Source: Eledone cirrhosa (Eukaryota). Taken from it: DNA of 64,000 bases. Position 1 is the first letter of the stretch; each line of letters starts with the position of its first letter. Below are positions 1-16,840 of this stretch, one piece after another. The notes below the pieces were generated by a model. The model saw only the letters and a list, made by a program, of their open reading frames with translations, searched no databases and was not told the origin of the DNA. Made by a program: the position numbers and the translations under genes. The stretch lies in contig CAXHJY010001648.1 of NCBI GenBank assembly GCA_964016885.1, forward strand, positions 1 through 64,000, written 5' to 3'.

Positions 1-71
1 CCCGGTACTTATACCTTGAGCTCAGAAAATTACAAGGGCTTAACGCGAGTTTTTAAGTCGACTTTTTCATT

Positions 72-112
<41 letters not shown>

Positions 113-378
113 TTTGTTTTGCAAGGTTTTTTATATGAAATTGTATATCGAAACAAGTATTGTTATACTTGGGGAGGGTCATATTGTTGTAATAATATTG
201 CCAGAAATAGTAACAGAACACAATCACTGTTTGGTTGGTTTTCGCTTCTCTATCTTCTATATCTCCATAGTTAATTTATTTGGCAATCAACGTTTATCAT
301 TGATTAACCAACGGTCAAAAATACAGATATAAATATATAAATTAGACAATTATCAAAGTTGTGTTCAAATCATTTAAT

Positions 379-425
379 AGCTGACAATCGTTTCTTCCAA
401 ACTTTCGTTTGGCATCATCGGAGTA
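379..425 (-). ncRNA. Hammerhead-like ribozyme, U4C core variant
   Basis: Minus strand: CCGATGA-tgccaaac gaaa gtttggaa-GAAAC gatt GTC-agct-attaaa. Stem I is weak. Homologous to 20285-20337. Confidence 0.5.
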
Positions 426-815
426 TTATCAATGTGTGTACATATAATTAACCCCTATTCAACTGAACAATCATATAGATACATACATATTGATGTTGTG
501 AGCAACAGTTTCGTATTTACAGGGTTTACTGGATGCGACATATATTATACGAGAATTGTACAATAATTCAAATTATAAGCGCAGAGTGGAATACATGCAA
601 CAGATAATACAAGAGAATAGTCTAATAATTAAAGAGTCATTGAGAAAGAAGCATTGAGAGAGGAATAATGCATTAGCAGTACATATGGAAGCGTGTAGAA
701 AGTGCACATGCGTTAGCCATATATATGAGAAGGAAATAAGCAAATGTATTATGCATATATAGATAAATAAATCCTCTATAGTAAGCAAATATGTTAATGT
801 ATTAAAATCTATGGC

Positions 816-869
816 GGATGTAATATGTTGATAGTGTTCGAATTTTTCGAACACTATCAACATATTACA
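816..869. repeat. Perfect ~24-bp-arm hairpin
   Basis: tgtaatatgttgatagtgttcgaa ttt ttcgaacactatcaacatattaca. Confidence 0.8.
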
Positions 870-929
870 AAGTTACTGCAGTCCTTTCCATTACATATGT
901 TGAATTATATTTTAGTTAATATAATATTT

Positions 930-967
<38 letters not shown>

Positions 968-1471
968 ATCAAAGTTCTTTCGTTGCACATCTGCAACATC
1001 ATCAGTAGTACTATTATGTTTCCTCTTGTTGTATTGCATACCTACGCCAAAGATAAACGTTAGATTGAAAATGTAAAATTAAATTACGTATTGTATGCAC
1101 GTGATAGAGGCTTATAGAAAGTTATTTTATAATACAAATTTATGAAAAATGGCGTATTTAAGCAAGATATAATGAAGAAATTATATTGGATGGATACAAA
1201 ATTTTGTTTGAATTTCAAAATGCAGCGACGGAATGAATTTAGGGAAAAAGACGTAAAGAAGGAAAGAAAGACACAAAGTAGATTAATTTAATAAAAACAT
1301 TAAGTAAATTATTTTATCAAATTAAAAGGGAAAAACAAATTTAAATTACATTACGGTTGTAATTAAGTGGTAATATGAAATGTTCATCCCTAGAGAAAAT
1401 CATAGCACTACATCGTTATAAATCACGTTTAGTATTGATGACTGTACATGTTTGGAATTGAGACAGAATTA

Positions 1472-1705
1472 ATGTATACACCTGTATATACACGTGTATA
1501 TACACGTGTATATACATGTGTATATACATGTGTATATACATGTGTATATACATGTGTATATACACGTGTATATACATGTGTATATACATGTGTATATACA
1601 TATGTATATACACGTGTATATACATGTGTATATACATGTGTATATACACGTGTATATACATGTGTATATGCATGTGTATATACATGTGTATATACAAACA
1701 TGTAC
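1472..1705. repeat. 12-bp minisatellite (TGTATATACA[C/T]G)n
   Basis: About 18 tandem, nearly self-complementary units. Confidence 0.9.
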
Positions 1706-1857
1706 AAATTGGTAGGAAGAAATAATCTGGTCCGCAAGCAAGGATGTGTATACATCCTGACAAATAACTATACACAACCCAACCAGGAACTGGGCATATC
1801 AAAGTATTGACAAAGTTAAACACCTCAACAACATGTGTACTCGTCTCTACACACACG

Positions 1858-1859
<2 letters not shown>

Positions 1860-1899
<40 letters not shown>

Positions 1900-1906
1900 T
1901 ATAATA

Positions 1907-1976
<70 letters not shown>

Positions 1977-2005
1977 ATATATATATATATATATATATAT
2001 TTATA

Positions 2006-2047
<42 letters not shown>

Positions 2048-2048
2048 A

Positions 2049-2089
<41 letters not shown>

Positions 2090-2139
2090 TATAATATATA
2101 TATTATATATATATATATATTTTTTTTTTATATTATATA

Positions 2140-2174
<35 letters not shown>

Positions 2175-2221
2175 TAATATATATATTATATATATATATA
2201 TATATATTTTTTATTATAATA

Positions 2222-2307
<86 letters not shown>

Positions 2308-2501
2308 TTATAATATATATATTATATATATATATATATATTTATAATATATATATATATATATATATATTTATAATATATATATTATATATATATATAT
2401 ATATTTATAATATATATATATATATAATATATATATTATATATATATTTATAATATATATATTATATATATACATATTATATATATATATATATATTTAT
2501 A

Positions 2502-2532
<31 letters not shown>

Positions 2533-3211
2533 TTATAATATATATCTTAAATATATATATATATATTTATAATATATATCTTATATATATATATAACGAA
2601 ATAAATATGGTTTTATAAATATAGTTTCCATTTGTTTAATATCGTAAACCTACTCCAGAAACTGTTGAGTGCTTTTATATCAGTTATAAAATATTTACTC
2701 ATTGTAACGCAACAATTTTAAATAAAACTTTTGCATGTATATTTATAATATATATATTATATATATATATATTTATAATATATATATTATATATATATAT
2801 ATTTATAATATATATATTATATATATATATATTTATAATATATATATTATATATATATATTTATAATATATATATTATATATATATATATTTATAATATA
2901 TATATTATATATATATATTTATTATATATATATTATATATATATATTTATAATATATATATTATATATATATATTTATAATATATATATTATATATATAT
3001 ATTTATAATATATATATATATATATATATATTTATAATATATATATTATATATATATATAATTATAATATATTTATTATATATGTATATATATATATCAT
3101 ATATATTTATGTAGTATCTGTATCATATATATATATTTATGTAGTATATATATCAAATATATATATCTATATATATAACTGCATTGTTCTGGCCTTCTAA
3201 CTTCAAAGGTT

Positions 3212-3249
<38 letters not shown>

Positions 3250-3446
3250 TATATTTATATGTACATACATATATATGTGTGTTTATGTATATATATATAT
3301 GTATATACATATATATTGTGTTTATGTATATATATATATATATGTACATACATATATGTGTGTGTTTATATATGAATATATATATATATACATATATATA
3401 TATATGTATCTATATATATATATACATATATAAACATATATATATG

Positions 3447-3500
<54 letters not shown>

Positions 3501-3682
3501 TATATAAACACTCGTATATATGTATGTACATATATATATACATACATATATATGTTTTTATATATGTATATATATACATATATATACATACATATCTATA
3601 TGTGTGTTTATATATATTTATATATATGCATATATATATATATATATGTACATGCATATATATATATAAATATATGTACATG

Positions 3683-3717
<35 letters not shown>

Positions 3718-3800
3718 GCATATATATATATATATATATATAGATAGATGCATGTACATATGTATATATAGATATGCATGTATATATATATAGATATGCA

Positions 3801-3848
<48 letters not shown>

Positions 3849-3868
3849 TGTATATATGTATATATATG

Positions 3869-3952
<84 letters not shown>

Positions 3953-3988
3953 TATACATATATGTATATATATATATATACATATATG

Positions 3989-4051
<63 letters not shown>

Positions 4052-4094
4052 GTATATATATATATGTATATATATATATGTATATATATATATG

Positions 4095-4160
<66 letters not shown>

Positions 4161-4176
4161 CATATATACATATATG

Positions 4177-4232
<56 letters not shown>

Positions 4233-4246
4233 TATTTACATATTTG

Positions 4247-4314
<68 letters not shown>

Positions 4315-4322
4315 CATATATG

Positions 4323-4354
<32 letters not shown>

Positions 4355-4558
4355 CATATATATATACACATATATATATATGTATATATATATATATACA
4401 TATATACATATATATATATGCATGTATATATATATATACATATATACACATATATATGCATGTATATATATATATGTACATGCATATATATATATCGATA
4501 TGTACATGCATATATATATGTACATATATATGTAAATGAATATATGTATATATATGTT

Positions 4559-4597
<39 letters not shown>
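1860..4597. repeat. Compound (TA)n/(TATG)n microsatellite region
   Basis: Degenerate TA repeats, interrupted by the element fragment at 2596-2733. Confidence 0.95.
2596..2733 (+). mobile_element. Family A HHR mini-element, 3' portion only
   Basis: gaaataaatatggttttataaatatagtttccatt...ttgagtgcttt..tatcagttata matches the copies at 16841, 20844 and 26447. It begins just downstream of the predicted cleavage site. Confidence 0.75.
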
Positions 4598-4598
<1 letters not shown>

Positions 4599-4870
4599 GA
4601 TACAAAGATATATGCTATGAATACGAACAACTGCACTTGCTTCTCGGAAATGGCGAGATCTGAAAGAGATCTTAGGAGTTTGAATCTATTTCAAAATATC
4701 CAATACTACAGATATCTTCTATCTGTGGTCGATATCTCAAATACTGTATGCCCCAGGTAATACTCTCTCCGATACAATTGATTCCAGAAGAGACGTGCGT
4801 GTTACTATAGTTACTATATATATATATGGATGTGTGTGTATATGCATGTATATTTATATGTAGGCATATG

Positions 4871-4915
<45 letters not shown>

Positions 4916-4983
4916 AAAAAGAGATGAAATCGAAAATGCAACTGGAGTCTTATTTTTTTTTAAATATATATATTTATTTGGTT

Positions 4984-5021
4984 CCTTTACCGGTTTCGCA
5001 GTTCTTCTGCTTTTCAAAAGG
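4984..5021 (-). ncRNA. Minimal hammerhead ribozyme, U3-A8 variant
   Basis: cctt-TTGAAAA-gcag aagaa ctgc-GAAAC cg GTA-aagg. Confidence 0.7.
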
Positions 5022-5089
5022 TGAGTTGAGATGGAGGGTCTGTGGTTTTTCTCATCTGAGAAAAACCACAGACTCTCCATCTCAACTCA

Positions 5090-5124
5090 CCTTTTGAAAA
5101 GCAGAACTGCGAAACCGGTAAAGG
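5090..5124 (+). ncRNA. Minimal hammerhead ribozyme, U3-A8 variant
   Basis: cctt-TTGAAAA-gcag aa ctgc-GAAAC cg GTA-aagg, followed by aataaa. Confidence 0.7.
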
Positions 5125-5266
5125 AACCAAATAAATATATATATTTAAAAAAAAAATAAGACTCCAGTTGCATTTTCGATTTCATCTCTTTTTCTTTATA
5201 CTTTCACTCGTGTAGGACACCTCGGTTATTTTTCATTTTGTAAAAAAAACCTCACTCTCTAATATA

Positions 5267-5303
<37 letters not shown>

Positions 5304-6041
5304 TTAGTATATGTTGGTTGTATACCAACACCTCAGTATGTATATTGGAGCACGCGACGAAGTGCGCAGGTTGGTTAGGTTTCTCCGGAGTAATGTAAAA
5401 TAAACTAAAATAAATAAGTCAAATATTTAATATTTACCTTCGTTTATTACTGCTATATATATTTCGGTGACAGCCATCTTTGGCTGTAACCTCTTCAGGC
5501 AATCCGAATTAGTGTGGGAGAGATGAGTACACATGTTGTTGAGGTGTTTAACTTTGTCAATACTCTGATATGCTCAGTTCCTGGTTGGGTTGTTATTTAT
5601 CTCTAGGAACTACAATCATATGAATTTAAATAAACGAATTTCAGTGTCAAATCACATCCTCTCTTCCCATTGGTCAGTTGTGAGAACATTCCTCAGTCAA
5701 AAGTCTCTAGAAATTCGTTCTGAGGCGAGGCAATCTGTAGTGGTTGTCTTGTTATTGTTAAGTACATCTGACTTCTACTCTTATGTTGGTAGTGGTGTTG
5801 GTGTTGGTGTTGGAGTCAGATTCCAGCTTCTCAGTGAAATAACAACCCAACAGGGAACTGGGCATATCAAAGTATTGACAAAGTTAAACACCTCAACAAC
5901 ATGTGTACTCGTCTCTACCACACTAATTCGGACTGCCTCAAGAGTTCACAGCCAAAGATGGCTGTCACCAAAATATATGTAGCAGTAATAAACGAAGCCA
6001 AATTTTAAATATTTGACTTTATTTATTTTAGTTTATTTTAT
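5304..6041 (-). mobile_element. Inverted-arm mini-element (family C), PLE pseudo-LTR-like
   Basis: Arms ~5395-5593 and ~5843-6041, with a tail at 5304-5394. Partial copy at ~1773-1853 and a homologous HHR at 62737. Confidence 0.75.
5449..5503 (-). ncRNA. Type I hammerhead ribozyme
   Basis: attgc-CTGAAGA-ggttacagcca aaga tggctgtcacc-GAAA tatata TA-gcagt-aataaa. The + arm copy (5932-5986) has a broken core (CTCAAGA, AAAA in place of GAAA). Confidence 0.85.
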
Positions 6042-6060
6042 ATATATATATATATATGTA

Positions 6061-6492
6061 TATAATATAAGATCAAAAGATGGTTAAAGGAGTTCCATGT
6101 ATTTTATTATGCGCATTTCAAAAACAAACATCATCATGCAATAATATTTGTGTTTTCATCAGATAAAACAGGAGAACGTGATATGAAGGCTAAAAAACAC
6201 TTGTGGATAGTGCAGTTTTAAATCAACATATGAAAAGTGGTTTTAGATTGATGTGTGATATTGGGAAAAATATTGTATTTAGAGAGGGGGGGTGGAAAGG
6301 ATGAAAAAGGGGAGGAGATGAGAGTGAAGGTGGAGAGGGAGAGATGGGTGATAGAGAGAAAGAGATAGTTTTTATAACTGAGAGAAGATATATTGTTTTA
6401 CATAGAGAGGTTGAAAACCGTTGGAAGATAATGTATAAATGCGCATAATAAAATACATGGAACTCCTTTAACCATCTTTTGATCTTATATTA
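6061..6492. mobile_element. Inverted-arm mini-element with HHR
   Basis: Inverted arms of ~57 bp (6061-6118 and 6437-6492) with microsatellite close on both sides. Confidence 0.7.
6102..6168 (-). ncRNA. Type I hammerhead ribozyme
   Basis: ttttat-CTGATGA-aaacacaaatatt..gatgtttgttttt-GAAA tgcgca TA-ataaaa. Confidence 0.75.
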
Positions 6493-6577
6493 TGTATACT
6501 CCAGTCCTACAAACTGTAGAGTGCTTCTTATCCGATATCTGCATTGCTTTATTGTACTACAATAAAACTCACCTCCT

Positions 6578-7332
<755 letters not shown>

Positions 7333-7538
7333 TATCTGGAGATCTCTCTGCACTTGTCGTCACATGGTACCATGGGCCCAGCACTATGTGTCAATAATTG
7401 TCACAAGTGTAGTGTTTGTACCAGAGTTTTCAAGTTGCTGGCTGGACTAAAAAGTCACACTCGTTCAGCGCATCGGTAGGGGTTCTCCTACATGGATATA
7501 AAGTAGTGGCCGTACTCGAAAACGAGTTGGCAGCCACC
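7333..7538 (+). mobile_element. RTE-derived non-autonomous retroelement, 3' end
   Basis: Encodes [25 protein letters not shown] (C2H2 finger typical of RTE C-termini). 3' stem-loop actcg aaaa cgagt. Three further copies in the window. Confidence 0.7.
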
Positions 7539-8852
<1,314 letters not shown>

Positions 8853-9251
8853 ATAGGATTATCCAAGATGCAGTGATGGTTAATTACTACACTGGATATG
8901 GTTGACGTACGGTAAGAGGTTACTCTACGAGTTATGGAAGAATTGTTCAAGAAACTTAGTTCCTGATCCTTCAGTATTCCGGAGTGTATATAAAGAATGA
9001 ATAATGACAGGTAGACATCATAAAAAGGTAGTTTATTCCGTGTGCTTACAAGTGTTTCCACGGTGGGGCTGCAGCCTAGTTCCGCTACGTGCAAATTCAC
9101 AAGTATTTGCAGAACTCGAATATCCAATGCTGTGACCACTGTTTCCTCAGAGCAGCGGAACTAGGCTGCAGTACCACCGTGGAAACACTTGTAAGCACAC
9201 GGAATAAACTACCTTTTTATGATGTCTACCTGTCATTATTCATTCTTTATA
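8853..9251 (-). mobile_element. Fold-back mini-element with HHR
   Basis: Inverted arms ~8988-9085 and 9154-9251, tail at 8853-8987, (TA)n on both sides. Confidence 0.75.
9043..9154 (-). ncRNA. Hammerhead ribozyme with extended stem II
   Basis: tgct-CTGAGGA-aacagtgg..(~70 nt)..ccaccgtg-GAAAC actt GTA-agca..aataaa. Confidence 0.6.
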
Positions 9252-9309
9252 TATATGTATGTATATATATATATATATATGCATGTATATATATGTATAT
9301 ATATATATG

Positions 9310-9340
<31 letters not shown>

Positions 9341-9342
9341 GC

Positions 9343-9395
<53 letters not shown>

Positions 9396-9407
9396 TATGC
9401 ATGTATA

Positions 9408-9438
<31 letters not shown>

Positions 9439-9628
9439 GCATGTATATATATGTATATATATATATATATATATGCATGTATAGATATGTATATATATAT
9501 ATATATATATTGCATGTATAGATATGTATATATATATATATATATCTGCATGTATATATATGTATATATATATATATATATATATGCATGTATAGATATG
9601 TATAGATATATATATATATGCATGTATA

Positions 9629-9659
<31 letters not shown>

Positions 9660-9729
9660 GCATGTATATATATATGTATGTATATATATGTATATATATA
9701 TTATATATGCATGTATATATATATGTATG

Positions 9730-9762
<33 letters not shown>

Positions 9763-9771
9763 GTATATATG

Positions 9772-9807
<36 letters not shown>

Positions 9808-9849
9808 TGTATATATATGTATATATGTATATATATAAATATATGCATG

Positions 9850-9889
<40 letters not shown>

Positions 9890-9996
9890 TGTATATATAT
9901 AAATATGCATATAGATATAGATATAGATATATATATATACATATATATTATATACATATATATATATACATATATATATATACATATATATATATG

Positions 9997-10230
9997 TGTA
10001 TTGTATGTTTTGGAACAGTGAGCGAGTTTGAAATTAGAAAATATATAGCTTTCACCGTATTTTTAACTAAAGGAATTTTTAGCTTGATAACGGGGTTTAG
10101 AACCCTCAGATAAATGGAAAAAGATGAGTATTGACGTGTCAATACTCATCTTTTTCCATTTATCCGAGGGTTCTAAACCCCGTTATCAAGCTAAAAAATT
10201 CCTTTAGTTAAAAATACGGTGAAGCTATAT
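9997..10230. mobile_element. Fold-back element, ~92-bp arms plus tail, in (TA)n
   Basis: Near-perfect palindrome 10043-10230 centred on tgacgtgtca. No convincing HHR core found. Confidence 0.65.
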
Positions 10231-11375
10231 ATGTGTATATATATTATATATGCATGTATATATATATATGAATATATATATGCATGTGTATATATACATA
10301 TGTACGTAAATGCATGTATATGTATGTATATATAGATTATATATGCATATATATGCATGTATATATATGTATATATAGGCATGTATATATGCATATATAT
10401 ATATCTGTACATATATATATTATATATATATATATTATATATATATATATATATCTGTACATATATATATATATATATATATCTGTACATATATATATAT
10501 ATATATACATATCTGTACATATGTATATATATATATATATATATATGTATATGCATGTATATATAATCTGTACATATATATATGTATATGGATGTATATA
10601 TATATGTACATGTACACACATATATATGTATACATATGCATGCATGTATATGTACATATATATAGATATGTATGTATATGCGTGTATATGCATATGTACG
10701 TGTATTTGCGAGTTTCTGCCTCTACATCTTTCACTATATCACTTAAATTATGTTATCATTATAGAAGTAAACACACATATATATATATAATTTATATATA
10801 TATACAGTAAACACACATATATATATATAATTTATATATATATACAGTATATTTCCTGTTTAGAAATGTATCCTAAATGACACAAGCAGGTCTCTGGCTG
10901 TGAGCGTTCTGCAAGTGATTTAGACACGCAAGTCATGTTTTTGAAATGGTGAAATGTCTATTTCGCTCATCACATTATATTTAGCGTGATTCTCGAAAAT
11001 TAGTTTCTAAATAATAGTCTGTCAATCTAGATATAAACCTCTGTGTGTGTGCGTCTGTGTATATCTGAGTGTGATTGTGTGTGTGTGTGTATATGTGTAT
11101 GTGTGTGTGGGGGGGGGGGGGGTGAATGTCTCTATGTCAGTGTGTTTGTAAGTGTGTGTTTGAGTTTATTTTCAATAAATCCACCTATATTTATTTTCAC
11201 TACTATTGTTGTTTGAGATAAAGATATATCCATCCACGACAACACTGTCGGCTGTTTAAGCTTTGGTTACTATGTTACATTTGAGGCTCGGCTTAGAAGT
11301 ACATAGTTTGGCAATAAACGAGAGGTACTGTGAAATATTGCATAATTTGAACTCTTCCTAATAATTGTTTCAACT

Positions 11376-11485
11376 TTTGACACGAGGCCAGAATTTACCC
11401 CAGTGCATTACTGGTACTTTATTTTATAGACCCGGTAAAGCTGAAAGGCAAAGTTAACCTCGGCGGGATTCTGAACTCAGAATGG
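11376..11485 (+). mobile_element. SINE-like repeat fragment
   Basis: actggtacttattttatagaccc..tgaaaggcaaagttaacctcggcggga..tgaactcaga. The same family occurs at 31670, 49228, 60545 and 60915. Confidence 0.7.
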
Positions 11486-11566
11486 CAAGGGCCGTAACTC
11501 TATGCATCAAAGAATGGCGTCAGACACCTCTAGTGTTACTATATATATACATATATATATATATAT

Positions 11567-11765
11567 ATAACAAAGAAAGTGTGGTAAGGAAGCAGGTGGA
11601 CCATAATGCACCAGAGTACTCAAAACTTAGAGTAGTAGAGTGGGTAATAGAGAAGACGATCGGGGACCCCGACAGCTGAGCTTCGACAGCTAAATCCGAA
11701 CTGAGTTCGGATCTAGCTATCGAAACATCCGGAGCTCAGCCGTCGGGGTCTTGACTATTTTCCTA
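11567..11765 (-). mobile_element. Family E fold-back mini-element
   Basis: Homologous to 19613-19745, 49168-49227, 51208-51402 and 63461-63660. Confidence 0.75.
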
Positions 11766-11991
11766 TATATATATATATATATATAAATATTATATATATA
11801 AATATATATATATATATATTATGAAAATATTATGAAAATAAAACAAAGAAGCCTTCAATACATCAAAAGTCTTTATTAGCCAACAATGTTTCGTCCTATT
11901 AAGGACTGTCATTTCTATAATACGAAGAGGGTGTTTAACTCCAACACGCTCCAGTATTTTAATCCTTATATATATATATATAAATATATAA

Positions 11992-12025
<34 letters not shown>

Positions 12026-12151
12026 ATGTGTATGTGTGTGTGTATGTGTGTGTATGTATGTGTATATGTGTATGTATGTATATATATGTGTGTGTATATG
12101 TGTTTGAATATATGCATATCTAAATATTAATATAATATATATATTATACAC

Positions 12152-14782
12152 TTTTACCTATTCCAGCCACCCGGCTGATGCCATGCTGGGGCACCGCCCT
12201 TGTTGCTACACATTTTATCACCAGCCTGTATTGGTTGGCCACTGGTGCGAGAGGAAGTTCGTTGCTGCTGCCCTTAGGTTTCCCTCGTGCCTTGCAGTGG
12301 GCTCATCCGGGATCCTGGATAGCAAGGTGTCGAGATGTTTCTTGAAGACATCCACCTCAACACCATGCAGATCTCTCAGATCCCTCGGCATCTTGTTGAT
12401 GAGTTGAGAGCCCTTGAACCCCAGGCTATTGCAATATCTGCTCCTTATTCTAGATGTGGAAGACGGGACCTTTGGCATCAAACATTGACGTCCTGTTCGA
12501 CGGTTGGTCCAGCTCCCAATGCCAAAGTTTGGTGCTAGTCCCTCCAGGATTTTCCACATGTAGATCACCTCGTATCTCTACCGTCGTCGTTCCAAAGAGT
12601 AGAGGTTCCGTTCTTTTAGCCTCTCCCAGTAGCTTATCTCCTTCATCGTGCCATTGATCTTGGTGTAGCTTCGCTGGATTGCCTCAAGCTCCGTGGTTAG
12701 TTTGACACTATGGGGTGACCACAACTGGGAGCAATAGTCTAGGCGGCTTAGGACAAATTTCCTCCATAATGTCAACATGGTGTCTCAGTCTCTTGTCCGG
12801 AAAGTCCTCAAGATCCAGCCAGCCAGTCGTCTGCACATTGTCGCCACTTTCATGATGTGTGAGGAAAAAGATCCATCATCGCTCATGTCTATACACAGGT
12901 CTCGTATCGATTTTGACACGGGGATATCGGTCCGTCCTGGTCCTGCGTAACTGTGTTGTACTGTATTTGTGTTTGCATGTTTTTATTGTAGGGCTTGGAA
13001 TTTGCCAGCATTAAACTACATGTTGTTGTCTTCCGCCCATTTGTATATGACATCCAGATCGTGTTGTAAAAGGGGAGTGTCAGCCGGGTTTTTGATTGCC
13101 TGTGCTACCTTAGTGTCATCAGCATAGCTAGTGAGGGATGTTGTTGTATGTACCACGGAGGGCATGTCTGAGAGAGCCACCAAAAACAGTAGTGGTCCCA
13201 GGATGTGCCTTGTGGCACCCCACTTGTTATTGATGTTTCCTTTGAGAGGCCCCCGTTTGCTGCGATTGTCTGGCTTCTGTCCTTTAAGAAGTCGTGCAGC
13301 CACTCACCTACTTTTCCAGTTATGCCGAGTCTGAGTAGTTTGTGACATATAATTCCGTGATCGACCTTGTCAAAGGCCATCGCAAAGTCAAGATATATCA
13401 CGTCCTCATGTGAGCTGTCTAGCAGTTGTTTCAGTACCCAGTCGTAGTGATGTAGCAGCTCTATAAGGTAGCCTCTTCCTGGGCGGAAGCCCTGTTGCGT
13501 GCTAGTAAGGCGATCATTTTCCTCGAGGAAAGTGATCAGTTTCTTTCTGAGGACTCGCTTCATGACCTTACTGATATGCGACGTCAGGGAGACAGGCCTA
13601 TAGCTTTTGGCCTCCGCTCTGCTACCTCCTTTATGGATAGGGCATATTGGACCTCTTTTCAGCTATCTGGGTAGTATACCGCTAGCCAAGGAGCTTCTGA
13701 AGAGCGTCTTCAGTGGAGTTGCTAAGGCCCACTTACCTGTTTTTATGAGGACTGCTGGGAATCCATCAGGTCGAGCAGCTGAGTCAGTTCTAATTTCATC
13801 TTTGGCGTGTACCACATCCACCTCCGTTATGTCTATGTGGTTGATGGTCGCCATTTCTTCATGTAGTGTTGTGACATCAACGAACTCCTATGGCTTCGTT
13901 ATTTGCATGTGCCTCAGTGGACATGTGAACACACTTTTGTACAGTTCGTTCAGTATTTCACACATCTCTTGGGGATTCTCGCTTAATGAACCGTCTGTAT
14001 GGAAGTGGCCCAATCTTGCAGTGTACTGAGGCAGTTTCTTTTGCAAATTTAAAGAAGGCCTTAGGGTTTGTTTTAACATTTTCTATGGCCCTGTTCTCTT
14101 TCTTTGCCCTCTCATTTTCATGGGAAAGTTTGAGTGCAATATCGGTGTCAAGTAGTGCACGTTTCAAATAAGATTCCTTCTTGTTGTGCATTCAACTGGT
14201 TTGAGAGCTTGGTTCTACATCTCATGAGGATGTGCCTATCTCTGGGAATAAGATGTTTGTGTCTGTTTACCTTTTCTTCCGGGACAAACGTTTTGCATAT
14301 AGTGTGTCTCGTTGTCATGAAGTGTTGAAATTGTGTGTTGGTGTCTTGTGTGGCGGTATTTTCGCTCCATATTTGCTTCCGGATTTCTCTCTTGATTTTT
14401 ATCTAGTTAGCCTTGTAGAAGTTCAGGCTGAATAACATCCCGGTGCATCTTGATGGTTGTGTCTCTGTTGGTTCTCTCGGACCACATAGCATTATTTCTA
14501 CTAAGTTATGATCCGAGAAAATTGTTGTCACATTTACATTGTGGATGAGCACTTCGTTGTTTTTAAAACAGAGGACAAGGACATTTTCGTCTCTTGTTGG
14601 GATGAGTACTGTGTCTGAGGGCCAGCAGGGATTCCGTCTGTCTCTGTTCTATTGACGTCATTCCAGGGAGGAGGTGGCCCTCACGCCATTTGACCTTTGG
14701 CAGGATGAAGTCTACCAGCAGTAGAATGTTGAGACCCTGGTCCAGTTTGTCAAAGACCTCTTCTATCCTACAGAGGCATCCT

Positions 14783-14787
<5 letters not shown>
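12152..14787 (-). pseudogene. Decayed CR1/L2-group LINE ORF2 (endonuclease remnant + RT), 5'-truncated at (TA)n
   Basis: Frameshifted motifs SDHNLVEI, QQGFRPGR, YLDFAMAFDKVDH, SGVPQG, YADD, RLDYCSQLWSP, YSLERRR. Confidence 0.93.
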
Positions 14788-14836
<49 letters not shown>

Positions 14837-14889
14837 TGAAAGAGAACAAAGGAACAATTATGACATTACAAGTTTATTGCCGACAGCCG

Positions 14890-14956
<67 letters not shown>

Positions 14957-15344
14957 TGTGTGTGTGTATATAGGGGAGTATATATATTCAGCTATCTATT
15001 CTAGAAAGCTAATATATACATAAATATATTATATACATAAAATATGTTGTTAGTAATATGGTGTATATAAACATACGAAATTATATAACTGAAGAGCATG
15101 TTTATAAAATATAATTATAATAAAAATATATGAAACAAACTTTTTTGACTTTATATATATGTATATCTATATATATATATATATACATATATGTGTAGAT
15201 ATATATACATGTGTGGATATATATATATATCAATGATATTAATAAATAGAACTTTGGTATGCACACGGATAAAATATATATTCGTATATATGGGTGTGTG
15301 TATATATATATTCGTATATATGTGTGTGTGAATACACTCACACA

Positions 15345-15382
<38 letters not shown>

Positions 15383-15540
15383 TATTTATTGATATACATG
15401 GTGTAAATATGACATGGTATATTCTTTCCTTCGTTTTTTCAATATAAATGTTTAAATATTTGAATACAATGAAATTAATTAATTGCATTCACTAGGATAT
15501 TCACTAATATATATATATATATATGGGTGTATATTTATTT

Positions 15541-15588
<48 letters not shown>

Positions 15589-15963
15589 ATATGTATATAT
15601 ATATATATATATATATGTATTTATGTATATATATATATATATATGTATTTATGTATATATATATATATGTATTTATGTATATATATATATATATATGTAT
15701 TTATGTATATATATATATATCTATATATATATATGTATTTATATATATATATATGTATTTATGTATATATATATATATATGTATCTATGTATATATGTGT
15801 ATGAATGTATATAAATATATGTGTATGTATATAAATATATGTGTATGTATGTATGTATATATATATATGTGTATGTATATATATATGTGTATGTAAGTAT
15901 GTATGTGTATGTATGTATGTATGTATACATACACATATATATATATACATACATATGTGTATG

Positions 15964-16006
<43 letters not shown>

Positions 16007-16259
16007 GTATATATATATGTGTATGTATATATATATGTGTATGTATGTATATATGTGTATGTATGTATGTATATATATATATATGTGTGTATGTATATAT
16101 ATACATATATATATATATATGTATTTATTTATATATATGTATTTATGTATATATATGTATTTATGTATATATGTATATATATATATATATATTTATTTAT
16201 GTATATATATGTATATTTATGTATATATATATATATGTGTGTATATATATATGTATATA

Positions 16260-16290
<31 letters not shown>

Positions 16291-16327
16291 GTGTATATAT
16301 ATATATGTGTATATATATATATATGTG

Positions 16328-16358
<31 letters not shown>

Positions 16359-16511
16359 GTATATTTATTAATATATATATAAGTGTATATATATATATGT
16401 ATATATGTATCTATATTTATGTATATATATATATGTATATATATGTATATATGTATTTATGTATATATATATATATATACATATGTGTGTACAGTTAGAC
16501 ATATATATATA

Positions 16512-16560
<49 letters not shown>

Positions 16561-16840
16561 ATATATATATGTATACATATATATGTGTACTGTTATATAT
16601 ATATATGTGTGTGTGTATATATATCTATATATATATATATATATTTATGTGTGGGTGGTGTATAGATATACATATATATATATATATATATATACGTATA
16701 TGTATGTATTTATGCATGAACATATATACATACACACAGACGCACATACACACACGCACATATATATATATATTTACACATATTGATATATATTTATACA
16801 CACACACACCGACACACACATATATATATATATATATACA

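Larger units (their letters stand above)
4911..5261 (+). mobile_element. Fold-back mini-element (family B) with HHR in both arms, in (TA)n
   Basis: Inverted arms ~4911-5053 and 5057-5200, plus a 60-bp tail. Single-arm homolog at 51033-51186. Confidence 0.8.

Noticed and set aside
11878-11907. Minus-strand gtcc..ggac-GAAAC att GTT-ggct-aataaa, with similar halves near 505, 14880 and 62920
   Set aside because: Only 3' halves with no CUGANGA box. Probably remnants, and not counted as ribozymes.
15089-15140. CTGAAGA..GAAAC hammerhead-like motif
   Set aside because: Stems I and III cannot be formed; too degenerate to call.
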